Positions 1-9,735 of a DNA stretch of 64,000 bases are shown in pieces; position 1 is the stretch's first letter; every line of letters begins with the position of its first letter. This stretch comes from Desulfosoma sp. (lineage in GTDB: Bacteria; Desulfobacterota; Syntrophobacteria; Syntrophobacterales; DSM-9756), in NCBI GenBank assembly GCA_037481835.1, contig JBBFKW010000001.1, forward strand, positions 203,503 through 267,502, given 5' to 3'. Under the pieces are notes generated by a model. It ran no database searches. It was not told where the DNA came from and saw only the letters and a program-made list of their open reading frames with translations. A program made the position numbers and the translations under genes.

Positions 1-1764
1 GTTGCTTTACGCGAAGCCGGTCGCTTGGATGACGCTTTGGCGGTCTTCCAGCGCATCGCCAACTTCTTCCCTTCCAACGCCATCGCCCCGGCGGCCTTAA
101 CCGCCCAAGGCGATATTTGGCTTCAGGCGCAAAACCCCAACGCCGCCCGAAAGGCCTATGAAGCGGCGCTCAAGGAGTTTCCCCAATGGCGCGAGGCCGT
201 CACGGCGCGCATCGGCTTGCTCTCCGCGCGATGGATGGACGGCGAAAACCGGAAAAAACTTATCGAAGAGGCCCAATCCTTGTGGGACGCGACGGGGCCG
301 CAACCTGCCTGGCGTCAAAGGCTCATTCGTCTTCTCGTGGGTCTGAACAGGGATTCGGGCAATTTGGATGCCGCCCTGTCGTGGATCGACAAGGGTTATG
401 CCGCCCAACCGGGGCCCGAAGACCAAAAGCTCCTGGACCACGAAGCCTTCTCCCTTGCGCTGACCCTGGACGGGCCCTCCGTGGATCGGGCGCTCCAGGC
501 TTCCACGTCCCAACGCTTGGTCCCGTTCTTGCTCTACCGGCAGATCCAGCTCAGGCCCCCTCAAGGACGACGCGACGCGCTGCTCAAATTGATGTCCCAG
601 TACCCGCAGCATCCCGTGACGCGAAAGATCGAGGAAGAGCTTCGCGGCGTGATGGTGCCTTCAGGACCGGCCGACCCCAACCGCTTGGGATGCATGGTTC
701 CCCTGAGTGGGCCGCACGCCCCTCACGGCCGCCGAGTGGTCAAAGGAGTGGCTCTTGCCTTAAGGCACTGGGAGAAAATGTATCGCGGCTCACCTGCCCG
801 CCTCGTCTTGGCGGACACCCAAGCCAACCCGGATGTCACCGTCAACGCCTTGAACCATCTGGTGAATGACGAGCAAGTCCTGGCCGTGCTCGGGCCCTTG
901 AGCCCCCGAAGCGCCGAGGCGATCATGCCTCTGGCCAACGAACATGGCATCCCGGTGATCAGCCTGACGGAAAAACGCCAGGTGAGCTCCCAAACCCCTT
1001 TCCTCCTCCACGCCTTCTTGGACCACCAGGACATGATCGGAACCCTGCTCACCTATTGCCGAAACGTTCTCGGGTATAAGAATTTCGGCATCCTCTATCC
1101 CGAAGAACCCTACGGGAAAGCCTTGAGGGAGATTTTCATCAAGAAAGTCCAGGAAACGGGAGGCACGCTTGTCGCCGATGTGCCCTACGCCTCAGGGATG
1201 ACCGACTTCAAAGGACCGATCCAGGCTCTCGCCCAACATGCCCCCAAGGACTCGGGATCCCCCGGGTCGGAGTCGTCTCTTGATGCGCTCTTCATCCCGG
1301 ATTCGGCCGAAACCATCGCCCTCATCGCCCCTCAGCTGCCTTATTACAACGTGGTCGGAGTGACCCTGCTGGGGACGAACCTGTGGGAAGAAAAATCGCT
1401 GCTCTCCGCGGGAGGCGTCTACCTGGAAGGGGCTCTTTTCCCTTCCGCTTTTCATCGGGACCCGTCCGGCATAACCGATCCGGTTCAGGAGGCGTTTCTC
1501 AAAGATTATCGCGAAACCTACGGGGAAGAACCCGACTTCCTGGCGGCTCAGGCTTACAGCGCCGCCTTGCTCGTTCTGAGCGCCCGGGAACAGCTCCTCA
1601 AGGAAGGCCAACCGGATCGGCTGCGCCTTCGCCAATGGCTCCTTCGGCTGGACCTCCCGAACGGTCCCTTGGGTCCCATGCGCTTTGCCCCCGACGGCCA
1701 CATGGAACGCACTTACCCGATCCTGCAGATCACGGGAGGATCCTTGGTCCGCGTCGACCGGTAG
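1..1764 (+). CDS. TPR-containing LppC/penicillin-binding-protein-activator-like protein with a type I periplasmic binding fold (5' truncated by window edge)
   Basis: Frame is open from base 1. N-terminal TPR-like helices, then LGCMVPLSGPHAPHG, VLGPLS, LDALFIPD and LLGTNLW motifs typical of LppC/branched-chain binding-protein folds. Confidence 0.75.
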   Translation, partial: VALREAGRLDDALAVFQRIANFFPSNAIAPAALTAQGDIWLQAQNPNAARKAYEAALKEFPQWREAVTARIGLLSARWMDGENRKKLIEEAQSLWDATGPQPAWRQRLIRLLVGLNRDSGNLDAALSWIDKGYAAQPGPEDQKLLDHEAFSLALTLDGPSVDRALQASTSQRLVPFLLYRQIQLRPPQGRRDALLKLMSQYPQHPVTRKIEEELRGVMVPSGPADPNRLGCMVPLSGPHAPHGRRVVKGVALALRHWEKMYRGSPARLVLADTQANPDVTVNALNHLVNDEQVLAVLGPLSPRSAEAIMPLANEHGIPVISLTEKRQVSSQTPFLLHAFLDHQDMIGTLLTYCRNVLGYKNFGILYPEEPYGKALREIFIKKVQETGGTLVADVPYASGMTDFKGPIQALAQHAPKDSGSPGSESSLDALFIPDSAETIALIAPQLPYYNVVGVTLLGTNLWEEKSLLSAGGVYLEGALFPSAFHRDPSGITDPVQEAFLKDYRETYGEEPDFLAAQAYSAALLVLSAREQLLKEGQPDRLRLRQWLLRLDLPNGPLGPMRFAPDGHMERTYPILQITGGSLVRVDR

Positions 1765-1973
1765 GGGAAGGCGTGGGGTTTTGCCCTCGCCGCACCACAG
1801 CGGATCCCCCCGCCAGAACCTGACAGTCGGACACACGGAACGCCGCGTATCGCAGCACTTCTTCAATGCGGTTTATCGCACAAACACCTCCGTGGGGTTG
1901 CGAGGCTCATTCTGACGAACGGGAAGGACCTCGCTCCAGGAGCGTGGCCGATCATAAAAAATGGCGATTTTTT

Positions 1974-2049
1974 CCTGGGAACGCAGGCCTCCGGGCCGCT
2001 TGTGGGGTGGGCGAGACGCCCGAGTGCCCGGGAAAAAGCCATTCTCGGA
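1974..2049 (-). repeat. Degenerate copy of the REP-doublet/MITE unit found at 57607-57690
   Basis: CCTGGGAACGCAGGCCTCCGGGCCGC-N7-GTGGGCGAGACGCCCGAGTGCCCGGGAAAAAGCCATTCTCGGA aligns without gaps to the reverse complement of about 57614-57689. Confidence 0.8.
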
Positions 2050-2075
2050 TGGCCGGAAAAATTCTTACGAAATCC

Positions 2076-2107
2076 GTAGGTTGGGGTGAGCCCAGCGAAC
2101 CCCAACA
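2076..2107 (+). repeat. GTAG-family REP-like palindrome
   Basis: GTAG tetranucleotide followed by the hairpin GTTGGGGT-GAGCCCAGCGA-ACCCCAAC, in the intergenic space between convergent genes. Confidence 0.65.
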
Positions 2108-2399
2108 AAAATCCCACACGCACACACACAGACCCCGTGGCGGACACGCCAACCCCATAGCAAAAATGGCGACTCCACGGCGGCAGGCTCAGCCCCATTT
2201 CGCAGGAGCGGACCCCACCGCGGACGCGCCGCCCCGCACGTGCTTGCGCTCAGTCCATCGCAGGCACGGCGATCCCATGGTGGAAATGGCGCACACATAC
2301 CGGCGGGAGCGCTTCCTGCCTGTGGCGCCTCGTCCTGGATGTGCCCCGCGCGGCTCCATGGTGAACCGCGCGGGCGGGGAAGCCCCAAGCCTTTCCGTT

Positions 2400-3464
2400 T
2401 CAGTGGCCCGTATCCGTTACGCCGGCTTCGGCGAAGGTTTTGATGTCCCGAAGCACCCGTGCGGCGGCTTCCACCAGATGCATGGCCAAAGCCGCCCCCG
2501 TTCCTTCCCCCAGCCTCATGGACAAATCCAACAAAGGCGGAAGCCCCAGCAGCTCGATCATGGTCCCGTGGCCCACTTCCTGGCTGCGATGGGACACAAA
2601 GAGGTAATCCTTGGCGCGAGGAGCCAGGCGGCACGCAATGAGCGCTCCGGCCGTGGCGATAAAGCCGTCGCAAATGACCGGGACGCGCACGGCCGCCGCC
2701 CCCAGGACCGCCCCGGCCAGGCCAGCGATTTCATACCCCCCTACTTTTGCGAGCACGTCCACAGGGTCGCGAGGATCGGGCCGGTTGACGGCCAGGGCAG
2801 CCTCGACGGCTCTCACCTTCCGCGCCCACGCGGCATCGTCAATACCCGTTCCCCGGCCTGTGAGTTCCGCGGCGGGTTTTCCGCTGAAGGCCGCCACGAT
2901 GGCCGTTGAGGGCGTGGTGTTGGCAATGCCCATGTCCCCCGTGCCGATGAGCCGATACCCTTCCAGGGTGACGGCGTCCATGACCAGCCGGGCCCCCTCC
3001 ACCATCCCCCGGACGGCGTCCTGGCGGTCCATGGCCGGGCCCTTGGCGATGTTACGCGTCCCTTTGCCGATTTTCCGGCGCACCACGGCCCAGTCTTCCG
3101 GAAGATCCGATGCAACGCCGAAATCCGCCACGCGGACGGCCGCCCCTTCATGATCGGCCAAAACATTGATGGAGGCCCAGCCTTTCAAGAAGCTGTATAC
3201 CATCTGAGCGGTCACTTCCTGCGGATAGGCGCTCACCCCTTCTTCCGCCACGCCGTGGTCTCCGGCCATGGTGAAAATGATTTTCTTGGACACATCGGGG
3301 GCTAGGCTCCGTGTGATGGCACCCAAACGGGCCGCCATGTCTTCAAGGCGTCCGAGGGAACCCCGGGGTCGAATCTGAGAGCGCAGCCGCTCCCACGCCC
3401 GGGCTTCCCACAGAGCATCCGCCGGCTCTATGGCCTCAACCACGCTTTTCAGAACCTTTTCCAT
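2400..3464 (-). CDS. cobT: Nicotinate-nucleotide--dimethylbenzimidazole phosphoribosyltransferase
   Basis: Motifs GSLGRLE, AGDHGV, GDMGIANTT, GRGTG and LSMRLGEGTGA. AGGAGGTG RBS before the ATG at 3464. Confidence 0.96.
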   Translation of the reverse strand: MEKVLKSVVEAIEPADALWEARAWERLRSQIRPRGSLGRLEDMAARLGAITRSLAPDVSKKIIFTMAGDHGVAEEGVSAYPQEVTAQMVYSFLKGWASINVLADHEGAAVRVADFGVASDLPEDWAVVRRKIGKGTRNIAKGPAMDRQDAVRGMVEGARLVMDAVTLEGYRLIGTGDMGIANTTPSTAIVAAFSGKPAAELTGRGTGIDDAAWARKVRAVEAALAVNRPDPRDPVDVLAKVGGYEIAGLAGAVLGAAAVRVPVICDGFIATAGALIACRLAPRAKDYLFVSHRSQEVGHGTMIELLGLPPLLDLSMRLGEGTGAALAMHLVEAAARVLRDIKTFAEAGVTDTGH

Positions 3465-3496
3465 GATCGTCACCTCCTCATATTTCTCAGAGCCAA

Positions 3497-3533
3497 TAAA
3501 AAAGCCTTCGAGGCCCCACGACCTCGAAGGCTT
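3497..3533 (-). terminator. Intrinsic terminator in the cobT leader (riboswitch expression platform)
   Basis: Minus strand reads AAGCCTTCGAGG-loop-CCTCGAAGGCTT followed by TTTTATT, between the aptamer and the cobT RBS. Confidence 0.85.
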
Positions 3534-3570
3534 ACCCGAAGGCACAGGTAAACGATCGGTCTGATCTTTA

Positions 3571-3748
3571 TCCGGATGGCAGGTCTTCTGACTCGCGGAT
3601 CACCTTACTGTCCGGCCCTTCCCGCACCCCTGGGAGAGAGTGCAGTGGATCTGCCGGATTTCATCCCCGCTCACAGCGCCGGCCCAGCGTGGCGGCTTTT
3701 CACCGCCTTCCCTATTCTCCCGCACAAGTGCGCGGGCACCATTCCGGA
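3571..3748 (-). ncRNA. Cobalamin (B12) riboswitch
   Basis: Minus strand has GGTG..ATAGGGAA..GGTGAAA..CTGTGA..CCACTG..GGGAAG..GAGTCAGAAGACCTGCC (B12 box). P1 stem TCCGGAATGG/CCATCCGGA. Lies upstream of cobT. Confidence 0.95.
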
Positions 3749-3994
3749 CATTCGGACGGCGCTCTTTCGCCGTCCTTAAAAGCGCTCACCTTCCTTCGAA
3801 AGACTCCTTAATCTCCTTTCCGCTCCTTTTCCCACCTTCACCAACCCAACCCCGTCCGGGAACGCCCATTCTCAGGGAAAGTTCCAAGGCCTTTTACCCT
3901 TTCTTTCCGTCGGAGGCGAAAACGCACGGGCACGGCGATGAACACCCTGTCAGGGAAAGCAGATGGGCAAAGACCTTCGAAAGGGCCTGGGGGC

Positions 3995-4270
3995 TCAGGC
4001 TTTCTTGGACGTCCGGCGCAAGAGCTTCAACGCTTTTTTCGTTTCCATGACCGGGACGATTTCCGCCACTCCCAGATCCGTCCACTGGAACACAGCCGCC
4101 GCCAAATGCGCTTCGTCTTCCGCCTCAAAGAGGCGAAACACCCGATGCCCCGTCACATCAAACCATTCCCCCTTCATGGCTGTGCCGGGCACTTCGGGGA
4201 GCTGTTCGGTGCGCTGGATCACGCGGTCGCGATCTTCCGGGGCATAACTGAAAATGGCCATGAACAGCAT
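3995..4270 (-). CDS. DUF3303-like small protein
   Basis: MLFMAIFSY...GEWFDVTGHRVFRLFEA...W.DL...EIVPV pattern; GGAGG RBS. Confidence 0.7.
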   Translation of the reverse strand: MLFMAIFSYAPEDRDRVIQRTEQLPEVPGTAMKGEWFDVTGHRVFRLFEAEDEAHLAAAVFQWTDLGVAEIVPVMETKKALKLLRRTSKKA

Positions 4271-4370
4271 CGTGTCGCCTCCCTCTGTGAGCGCTTGCAT
4301 CGTTATGGTTTTCGCGAAGTATAGCCCAACAGGTTCTCGCTCTGTCAAGGTCCGTTTTGCCTGAAAAGCC

Positions 4371-4400
4371 TTGACGCCTTCCGAAGGGTCTCACTATAAT
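4371..4400 (+). promoter_or_regulatory. Sigma70-type promoter of the cytochrome c3 gene
   Basis: TTGACG-N18-TATAAT. Confidence 0.7.
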
Positions 4401-4405
4401 CGGGG

Positions 4406-4423
4406 GCGTGAAGAGAATCACAA
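4406..4423. promoter_or_regulatory. Rex-like operator at the cytochrome c3 transcription start
   Basis: GCGTGAAGAGAATCACAA versus the Rex consensus TTGTGAA-N4-TTCACAA, immediately downstream of the -10 box. Confidence 0.55.
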
Positions 4424-4455
4424 GTTGAACCCTAGGTCGGAGAGGAGGTGACACG

Positions 4456-4905
4456 GTGAAACGAAGGAACTGGATTGTCCCGTCGGTTTTTGTCGCGGTC
4501 GCTCTGTTCGTGGGAACCCTCATCGCCGTCGCGGCGGACGCCCCTGACGTGATTACGATGAATTCCACCCTGTGGCCGCAACACACCAAGGCCAACGTGC
4601 AGTTTACGCACAAGAAGCACGCGGAGGATTACAAGATCGCGTGCGCCGACTGCCATCACAAGTACGAAGGGGGCAAGAACGTCTGGAAACAAGGCGATCC
4701 CGTCCAGAAGTGTCAGGCATGCCACAACGAGCCGACCATCGAGGGCGAGAAGAAGCTGCCCCCTGAGCAGCAAAAGCTCAATCTCAAGCTGGCCATGCAC
4801 ACCAACTGCCAGGAATGCCACAAGAAGCTGAAAGCCCAGAACCCCCAGAGCGCTGCCCCCACCACCTGCGTGCAGTGCCATCCGAAGAAGGAAGGCCAGG
4901 GCTGA
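4456..4905 (+). CDS. Tetraheme class III cytochrome c3, exported
   Basis: Signal peptide, FTHKKH distal His motif, four heme motifs (CADCH, CQACH, CQECH, CVQCH); GGAGGTG RBS before the GTG start. Confidence 0.93.
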   Translation: MKRRNWIVPSVFVAVALFVGTLIAVAADAPDVITMNSTLWPQHTKANVQFTHKKHAEDYKIACADCHHKYEGGKNVWKQGDPVQKCQACHNEPTIEGEKKLPPEQQKLNLKLAMHTNCQECHKKLKAQNPQSAAPTTCVQCHPKKEGQG

Positions 4906-4923
4906 AAGGGATCTTTCTGATGC

Positions 4924-4958
4924 AAAAAAACCCAGGAGAGAATCTCCTGGGTTTTTTT
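4924..4958. terminator. Bidirectional intrinsic terminator between cytochrome c3 and ferredoxin
   Basis: A7-CCCAGGAG-loop-CTCCTGGG-T7 between convergent genes. Confidence 0.9.
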
Positions 4959-4998
4959 GTGCGTTCGCGCCTGCTTGTGTTTGCTACGGAATGGAACT

Positions 4999-5184
4999 CT
5001 AGACCTCTTCCACCGTGATCGCGTCGCTTTCGCACACTTCCACGCAGCTTTCACAGCCGAGGCATTCATCCTCATTGACGGGCTCGGCCTTGCCGTCCAC
5101 CAGTTCGTAGACGTCCACCGGGCACACATCCACACATTCGCCGTCGCCGGTGCATTTGTTCTTGTCCACCGTCACCTTAAACAT
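4999..5184 (-). CDS. Dicluster ferredoxin with one Asp-substituted cluster motif (7Fe/8Fe type)
   Basis: CTGDGECVDVCP and CLGCESCVEVC motifs; 61 aa. Confidence 0.92.
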   Translation of the reverse strand: MFKVTVDKNKCTGDGECVDVCPVDVYELVDGKAEPVNEDECLGCESCVEVCESDAITVEEV

Positions 5185-5423
5185 TGCTCTTCTTCCTCCT
5201 CATGTGATCATTTGGACTCCGGGTGGCAGGCCGATGACCCGCCTTTGCCGTTCGCCTTGTGCCGTCAAGGCGTTTACTGGCAGGTCGAGGCAAAGTCAAG
5301 AAAAAAGGCGCCGTCTCTTCCGCCTTTTCCCCAGATGGGGAGTTCGTGATTCTTTTCTCATGGCCCCCGCCGAAAAAGGCCTGCCGTCCGTCCCTCAAGG
5401 TCCTTATGGCGCGCTTCGCGCGA

Positions 5424-5460
5424 CCAACCCTGGGAGGAGGGGTACCCCTCCCGGGGTTGG
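5424..5460 (-). terminator. Strong hairpin after dsrC (terminator or stabilising stem)
   Basis: CCAACCCTGGGAGG...CCTCCCGGGGTTGG inverted repeat just after the dsrC stop; no clear U tract. Confidence 0.5.
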
Positions 5461-5470
5461 CTTCGTCCGC

Positions 5471-5788
5471 TTAGACGCACCCCGTCGGTTTCGGCAGGCC
5501 CGCCATCTTACACGCACCCTTGCCCGGTCCGCTCGGGAACAGCTCGTAGATGTATTTGAGCTTATAGCCGGTCACCTTGGTGAGGATCCGGACCATGGGA
5601 GCGATCCCGTGCTTGCGATAGTAATCCTGAAGCACATGGATGATTTTCCAGTGTTCCTCCGTGAGTTCCTGGATCCCTTCGGACTCTTTGACATACTCCA
5701 CCCACTCGGGGCACCAGTTGTCAAAGCTGTCGATGAACCCATCTTCGTCGAGGTTGAACACCTTGCCCTTGTATTCGACCTGTGCCAT
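5471..5788 (-). CDS. dsrC: DsrC sulfur-carrier protein
   Basis: LDEDGF, YELFPSGPGKGACKMAGLPKPTGCV with both conserved C-terminal cysteines. Confidence 0.97.
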   Translation of the reverse strand: MAQVEYKGKVFNLDEDGFIDSFDNWCPEWVEYVKESEGIQELTEEHWKIIHVLQDYYRKHGIAPMVRILTKVTGYKLKYIYELFPSGPGKGACKMAGLPKPTGCV

Positions 5789-5830
5789 GGAAACATCCTC
5801 CTTTTGTTTTTAATCTTCCGTAGACGATCG

Positions 5831-7288
5831 TCATACGGGGCTCTGTCCCAGAGGCAGCGAGGCGGCGAATCCGTCGGCGAGCATCGCCGAGTCCCTCGTG
5901 GACCGGTATCGCCGGGCGGCCTCAACCATTCCCGTCGCCCAGGATGGGCAACCCACGGCATGAAGGTGTGTGTAGGTCGCCAATACATTCTTATAGCACA
6001 CTCCGTCCCAGCCTTCCAAGACCCCGAATCCCTTTTGCACGCGAAAAGCGCATTCCACCCCTTCATCCGCATCGACGATTCGCGAATAATGGAATTCGTG
6101 TCCCTTGATCACGATCCCGGCAGGAAAGAAGGGGGTCGCCTTGACGGCTTCCAAAAGCGTGTAGCCGTGCCCCTGCGGCTTTCGCCCCATGGCGATGAAG
6201 AAGGGAAGCACCCCTACCATGGGGAAAACCCCGTCCGCGGACCGGATCCCTCGGCTGAGGTACATCAACCCTCCGCATTCCGCATAGACGGGAAGCCCCT
6301 CGTGCACGGCTTCACGAACCGAGGCCCTCAAGGTCTCGTTCAAGGCCAGCTGGGACATGTGCGTCTCGGGAAACCCTCCACCAATGTAGAGGGCATCGAT
6401 CTCAGGAAGAAAGGCCGTCGACAGGCTGTCGATGAAGACCAGCTCCGCTCCGGCCTCCTGAAGAGCTTCCAGATTTTCCGGATAGTAGAACTGAAACACG
6501 CGATCTCGAAACACGCCGATGCGGACCGGACATTGCAAACCGTCCAGGCCGCCCTCTTCAGGCGTTCCATCCGCCGGCCGAACCAGCGGCTCGGCTTCCT
6601 CCGCGAGGCGCACCACGGTGTCCACATCCATGCGGCGCATGATCTGATCCGCCAAAGTATCCAGCGTCTCTTGAAGGCACGCGTGTTCCTCCACCGGGAC
6701 CAGCCCCATGTGTCGTTCCGGGAACACGATTCCGAGATCTTTGGGCAGGACGCCCAAAACGGGAAGTCCGCACGCTTTACGGATGGATTCCGTGAGGACC
6801 CGTTCATGGCGCGCCCCGGCCACCCGGTTCAAGACCACGCCGCAGAGATGCACGTCGGGGTCCAGGGTTTGGCATCCCAACACCATGGCCGCCGCGGTCC
6901 GAGTCACCTTGGTGGCGTCCAAAACGAGGATCACCGGTGCCTTGAGGAGCTTGGCCAGTTCCGCCGACGAGCAGCTGCCCTGCGCATCCATGCCGTCATA
7001 GAGGCCCCGGTTTCCTTCGATGAGCGCCAGATCCGCCCCACGGCTCCGATCCCCAAAGGACCGCAGGAGCTTTTCGGGCGTCATGAGGTAGGGGTCCAGA
7101 TTGTAGCAGGGAAAGGATGAGGCGCACCGCAGCCATCCCGCGTCGATGTAGTCGGGCCCTTTTTTGAAGGGGACGACCCGCAGGCCCTTGAGGCGGTGCA
7201 AGGCGGCGGCAAGGCCGGTGGAAACCAGCGTCTTGCCGGCTCCCCCCCGCAGGGCTGCGATCATCAGGCGAGGTGTGCGGTGCCTCAT
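5831..7288 (-). CDS. dsrN: Siroheme amidase DsrN (cobyrinate a,c-diamide synthase family)
   Basis: GGAGKT, FKKGPDYID, IEGNRGLYDG, ERHMGL, YAECGGLMYL and GHEFHYS motifs; directly downstream of dsrB. Confidence 0.9.
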   Translation of the reverse strand: MRHRTPRLMIAALRGGAGKTLVSTGLAAALHRLKGLRVVPFKKGPDYIDAGWLRCASSFPCYNLDPYLMTPEKLLRSFGDRSRGADLALIEGNRGLYDGMDAQGSCSSAELAKLLKAPVILVLDATKVTRTAAAMVLGCQTLDPDVHLCGVVLNRVAGARHERVLTESIRKACGLPVLGVLPKDLGIVFPERHMGLVPVEEHACLQETLDTLADQIMRRMDVDTVVRLAEEAEPLVRPADGTPEEGGLDGLQCPVRIGVFRDRVFQFYYPENLEALQEAGAELVFIDSLSTAFLPEIDALYIGGGFPETHMSQLALNETLRASVREAVHEGLPVYAECGGLMYLSRGIRSADGVFPMVGVLPFFIAMGRKPQGHGYTLLEAVKATPFFPAGIVIKGHEFHYSRIVDADEGVECAFRVQKGFGVLEGWDGVCYKNVLATYTHLHAVGCPSWATGMVEAARRYRSTRDSAMLADGFAASLPLGQSPV

Positions 7289-7348
7289 ATCGGATCACCG
7301 AAGGCAAGGCCGACCCCCCAAGAGGGGGGCCGGCTGCCGTGATGGTTC

Positions 7349-8449
7349 CTAGAACTTGAACTGCGTTGTGGTCCGCCACGTGGTCATGGCCAACCGGTAG
7401 TCGTCGATATGCTCGTGACGGAACTCAATACCCGTCTTTTCGAAGAACTTTTCCCAACCGATGCGATCGATCCATTCGCCGATGCGCTCATAGCGTTTGG
7501 CATCAGAGGCATAGGTTTCGAGCATCTTCTTAATGGTCTGGACCGTTGTCGGCCAGCGCGGCGGTTCGTTGGGGATGTAAGGCACGGCGAGCTTGGAGAA
7601 CTTGGGCGGAACGCGGGAGTTGGACACCTTCCCGCCGACCCACAGGGCGATGCCGTCGCCTTCCCCGTCCGCCAGAGGCAGAGCCGGGCACATGGTGTAG
7701 CAGTTGCCGCAGAACATGCAGCGGTTTTCGTTGATCTCGACGCTCTTGTAATCGCCCACCTTCTTCGGCTTGATGGCCGCCGTCGGGCACGCGGCGATGA
7801 CCAAGGGAATTTCGCACACGTTCTGGACGCGTTCATGCTCGATGATGGGCGGTTTGCGGTGCACGCCCAGAATGGCGATATCCGAGCAGTGCACGGCGCC
7901 GCACATGTTCAGGCAGCAGGCCAAGGAAATGCGCACCTGGGCCGGCAGCTTGTGGGAACCGAAATACTCGAAAAGCTCGTCCATGACGGCTTTGACGATC
8001 CCCGAAGCGTCAATGGCCGGCGTGTGGCAATGGACCCAGCCCTGCGTGTGGACGATGTTCGTCACACTGGCGCCTGTGCCGCCGATGGGGAACCAATTGC
8101 CGCGGCTCTTGAGATCGTCCATGAGCGGTTTCAGTTTGGACTTGTCGTCCACGAGGAACTCGATGTTGTTCCGAGTGGTCCATCGCACGTAGCCGCCGCA
8201 GTGCTTGTCAGCGATGTCGCAGATTTCGCGGATGAGGTCCACAGAAAGAAGCCGGGCGGCGCCCACGCGCACCGTGTAGACTTCGGCGCCCGTTTCGGAG
8301 ACATGCACCAACACGCCGGGTTCCAAGATTTCATGGTATTTCCACTTGCCGTAGTTTTCCTTGATAACCGGCGGGAAGAACTTGTCGTACTTGGGAGGTC
8401 CGATATCGGTGATGCGATCTTTCATAATGTCATTGGGATCGAATGGCAT
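7349..8449 (-). CDS. dsrB: Dissimilatory sulfite reductase beta subunit
   Basis: [31 protein letters not shown] and [11 protein letters not shown] motifs. Confidence 0.98.
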   Translation of the reverse strand: MPFDPNDIMKDRITDIGPPKYDKFFPPVIKENYGKWKYHEILEPGVLVHVSETGAEVYTVRVGAARLLSVDLIREICDIADKHCGGYVRWTTRNNIEFLVDDKSKLKPLMDDLKSRGNWFPIGGTGASVTNIVHTQGWVHCHTPAIDASGIVKAVMDELFEYFGSHKLPAQVRISLACCLNMCGAVHCSDIAILGVHRKPPIIEHERVQNVCEIPLVIAACPTAAIKPKKVGDYKSVEINENRCMFCGNCYTMCPALPLADGEGDGIALWVGGKVSNSRVPPKFSKLAVPYIPNEPPRWPTTVQTIKKMLETYASDAKRYERIGEWIDRIGWEKFFEKTGIEFRHEHIDDYRLAMTTWRTTTQFKF

Positions 8450-8460
8450 GGTGTCACCTC

Positions 8461-9735
8461 CTATGCATGATGCCGTTCACGGTAAGACTTGGCATCCCGC
8501 TCCCAACCGCCGGGAACGTCCGCCGGATCGTAGAAAATGTACGGGTTGTAGCGCGGCGTGTTGATCATGCGCGGATCGGGTTGGATTTCCACGGCTTTCA
8601 GAAATTCGCGCAGGCCCAGGCGTTGGATGAGTTCACCCAACCGCTCGCGGTTCTTGCCGTTTTCCATCCACCAATCCCACATCTTTTCCACGAATTCATG
8701 GAACTCTTCGTAAGGCGGTTCCATCTTCATAAACGGGATGATGACGCTGGAAAGCTGCGCGCCTTCCAGGATCGGGGCCTTGGCGCCCACGAGGATGGTG
8801 GCGCCCACATCGGTTCCGGGCCGCAAGGCGCGCGGCATGACGTTGATGCAATGCATGCAGCGGGTGCAGTCTTCGTCCCAAATCTTGAGGTTCTTGCCGT
8901 CCCATTCCATGCAGCGCGTCGGGCACAGGTCGAGAACTTCCTTTTGGATGTCCAGTTTGCGCTTTTCGAACCCGTGGGACCCGCCGTTGGGCACCAATTC
9001 GCCGCCCACATAGGCGCGCACGGCTTCCTGGTCGATGCGGATCTTGTCCCGCCAGGTCCCGATGATGGAGCAGTCGGCACGGGCGATGGCAGCCACGCAG
9101 TCGTTGGGGCAGCCCGATGCCTTGAACTTGAACTTGTACGGGAACATGGGGCGATGGAGTTCGTCTTGGTACTTGATGGTGATGTCGTAAATGATGTCCT
9201 GGGTGTCCAGGCAGGACCATTCACAGCGCGCCCGCCCCACACAGCCTTCCGGGGTCCTCATGTTGGATCCCGAGCCGCCCAGGTCCATGCCCAGTTCATG
9301 GGTGAGCCTATAGAAAATGGGTTCCAGCTGATCGGTGGTGGTCCCCAAGAGGATGCAGTCGCCCGTGGAGCCGTGCATGTTGGTCAAGCCGCTGCCGTGC
9401 TCTTCCCAGATGTCGCACAGCTTCCTCAAGACTTCCGTGCTGTAGAACTTGCTCGCCGGCTGGTTCACGCGCATGGTGTGGAAATGGGCCACGTTGGGGA
9501 AAAGGTCCGGCCGGTCGCAGTAACGGCCGATGACACCGCCGCCGTAACCGAAAACACCGACGATGCCGCCGTGCTTCCAGTGGCCTTCCTTGTGCTCATA
9601 GGACATTTCCAAGAGCCCCAGAAGATCTTCGCACATGGGTTTCCTGGCCGCGATTCGCTTGATGTCCGTCACGAAGCTCGGCCATGGACCCTTTTCCAGT
9701 TCGTCGAGCATCGGGGTCGCATGCTTCAAAGCCAT
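8461..9735 (-). CDS. dsrA: Dissimilatory sulfite reductase alpha subunit
   Basis: [43 protein letters not shown] and CTRCMHCIN motifs; AAGGAGG RBS. Confidence 0.98.
   Translation of the reverse strand: MALKHATPMLDELEKGPWPSFVTDIKRIAARKPMCEDLLGLLEMSYEHKEGHWKHGGIVGVFGYGGGVIGRYCDRPDLFPNVAHFHTMRVNQPASKFYSTEVLRKLCDIWEEHGSGLTNMHGSTGDCILLGTTTDQLEPIFYRLTHELGMDLGGSGSNMRTPEGCVGRARCEWSCLDTQDIIYDITIKYQDELHRPMFPYKFKFKASGCPNDCVAAIARADCSIIGTWRDKIRIDQEAVRAYVGGELVPNGGSHGFEKRKLDIQKEVLDLCPTRCMEWDGKNLKIWDEDCTRCMHCINVMPRALRPGTDVGATILVGAKAPILEGAQLSSVIIPFMKMEPPYEEFHEFVEKMWDWWMENGKNRERLGELIQRLGLREFLKAVEIQPDPRMINTPRYNPYIFYDPADVPGGWERDAKSYRERHHA

Noticed and set aside
1866..2909. 347-aa plus-strand ORF
   Set aside because: Runs through the repeat field and antisense to cobT; Arg/Pro-rich shadow composition with no motifs.
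5150..7120. 656-aa plus-strand ORF
   Set aside because: Antisense shadow of dsrC and dsrN, as expected in GC-rich DNA.
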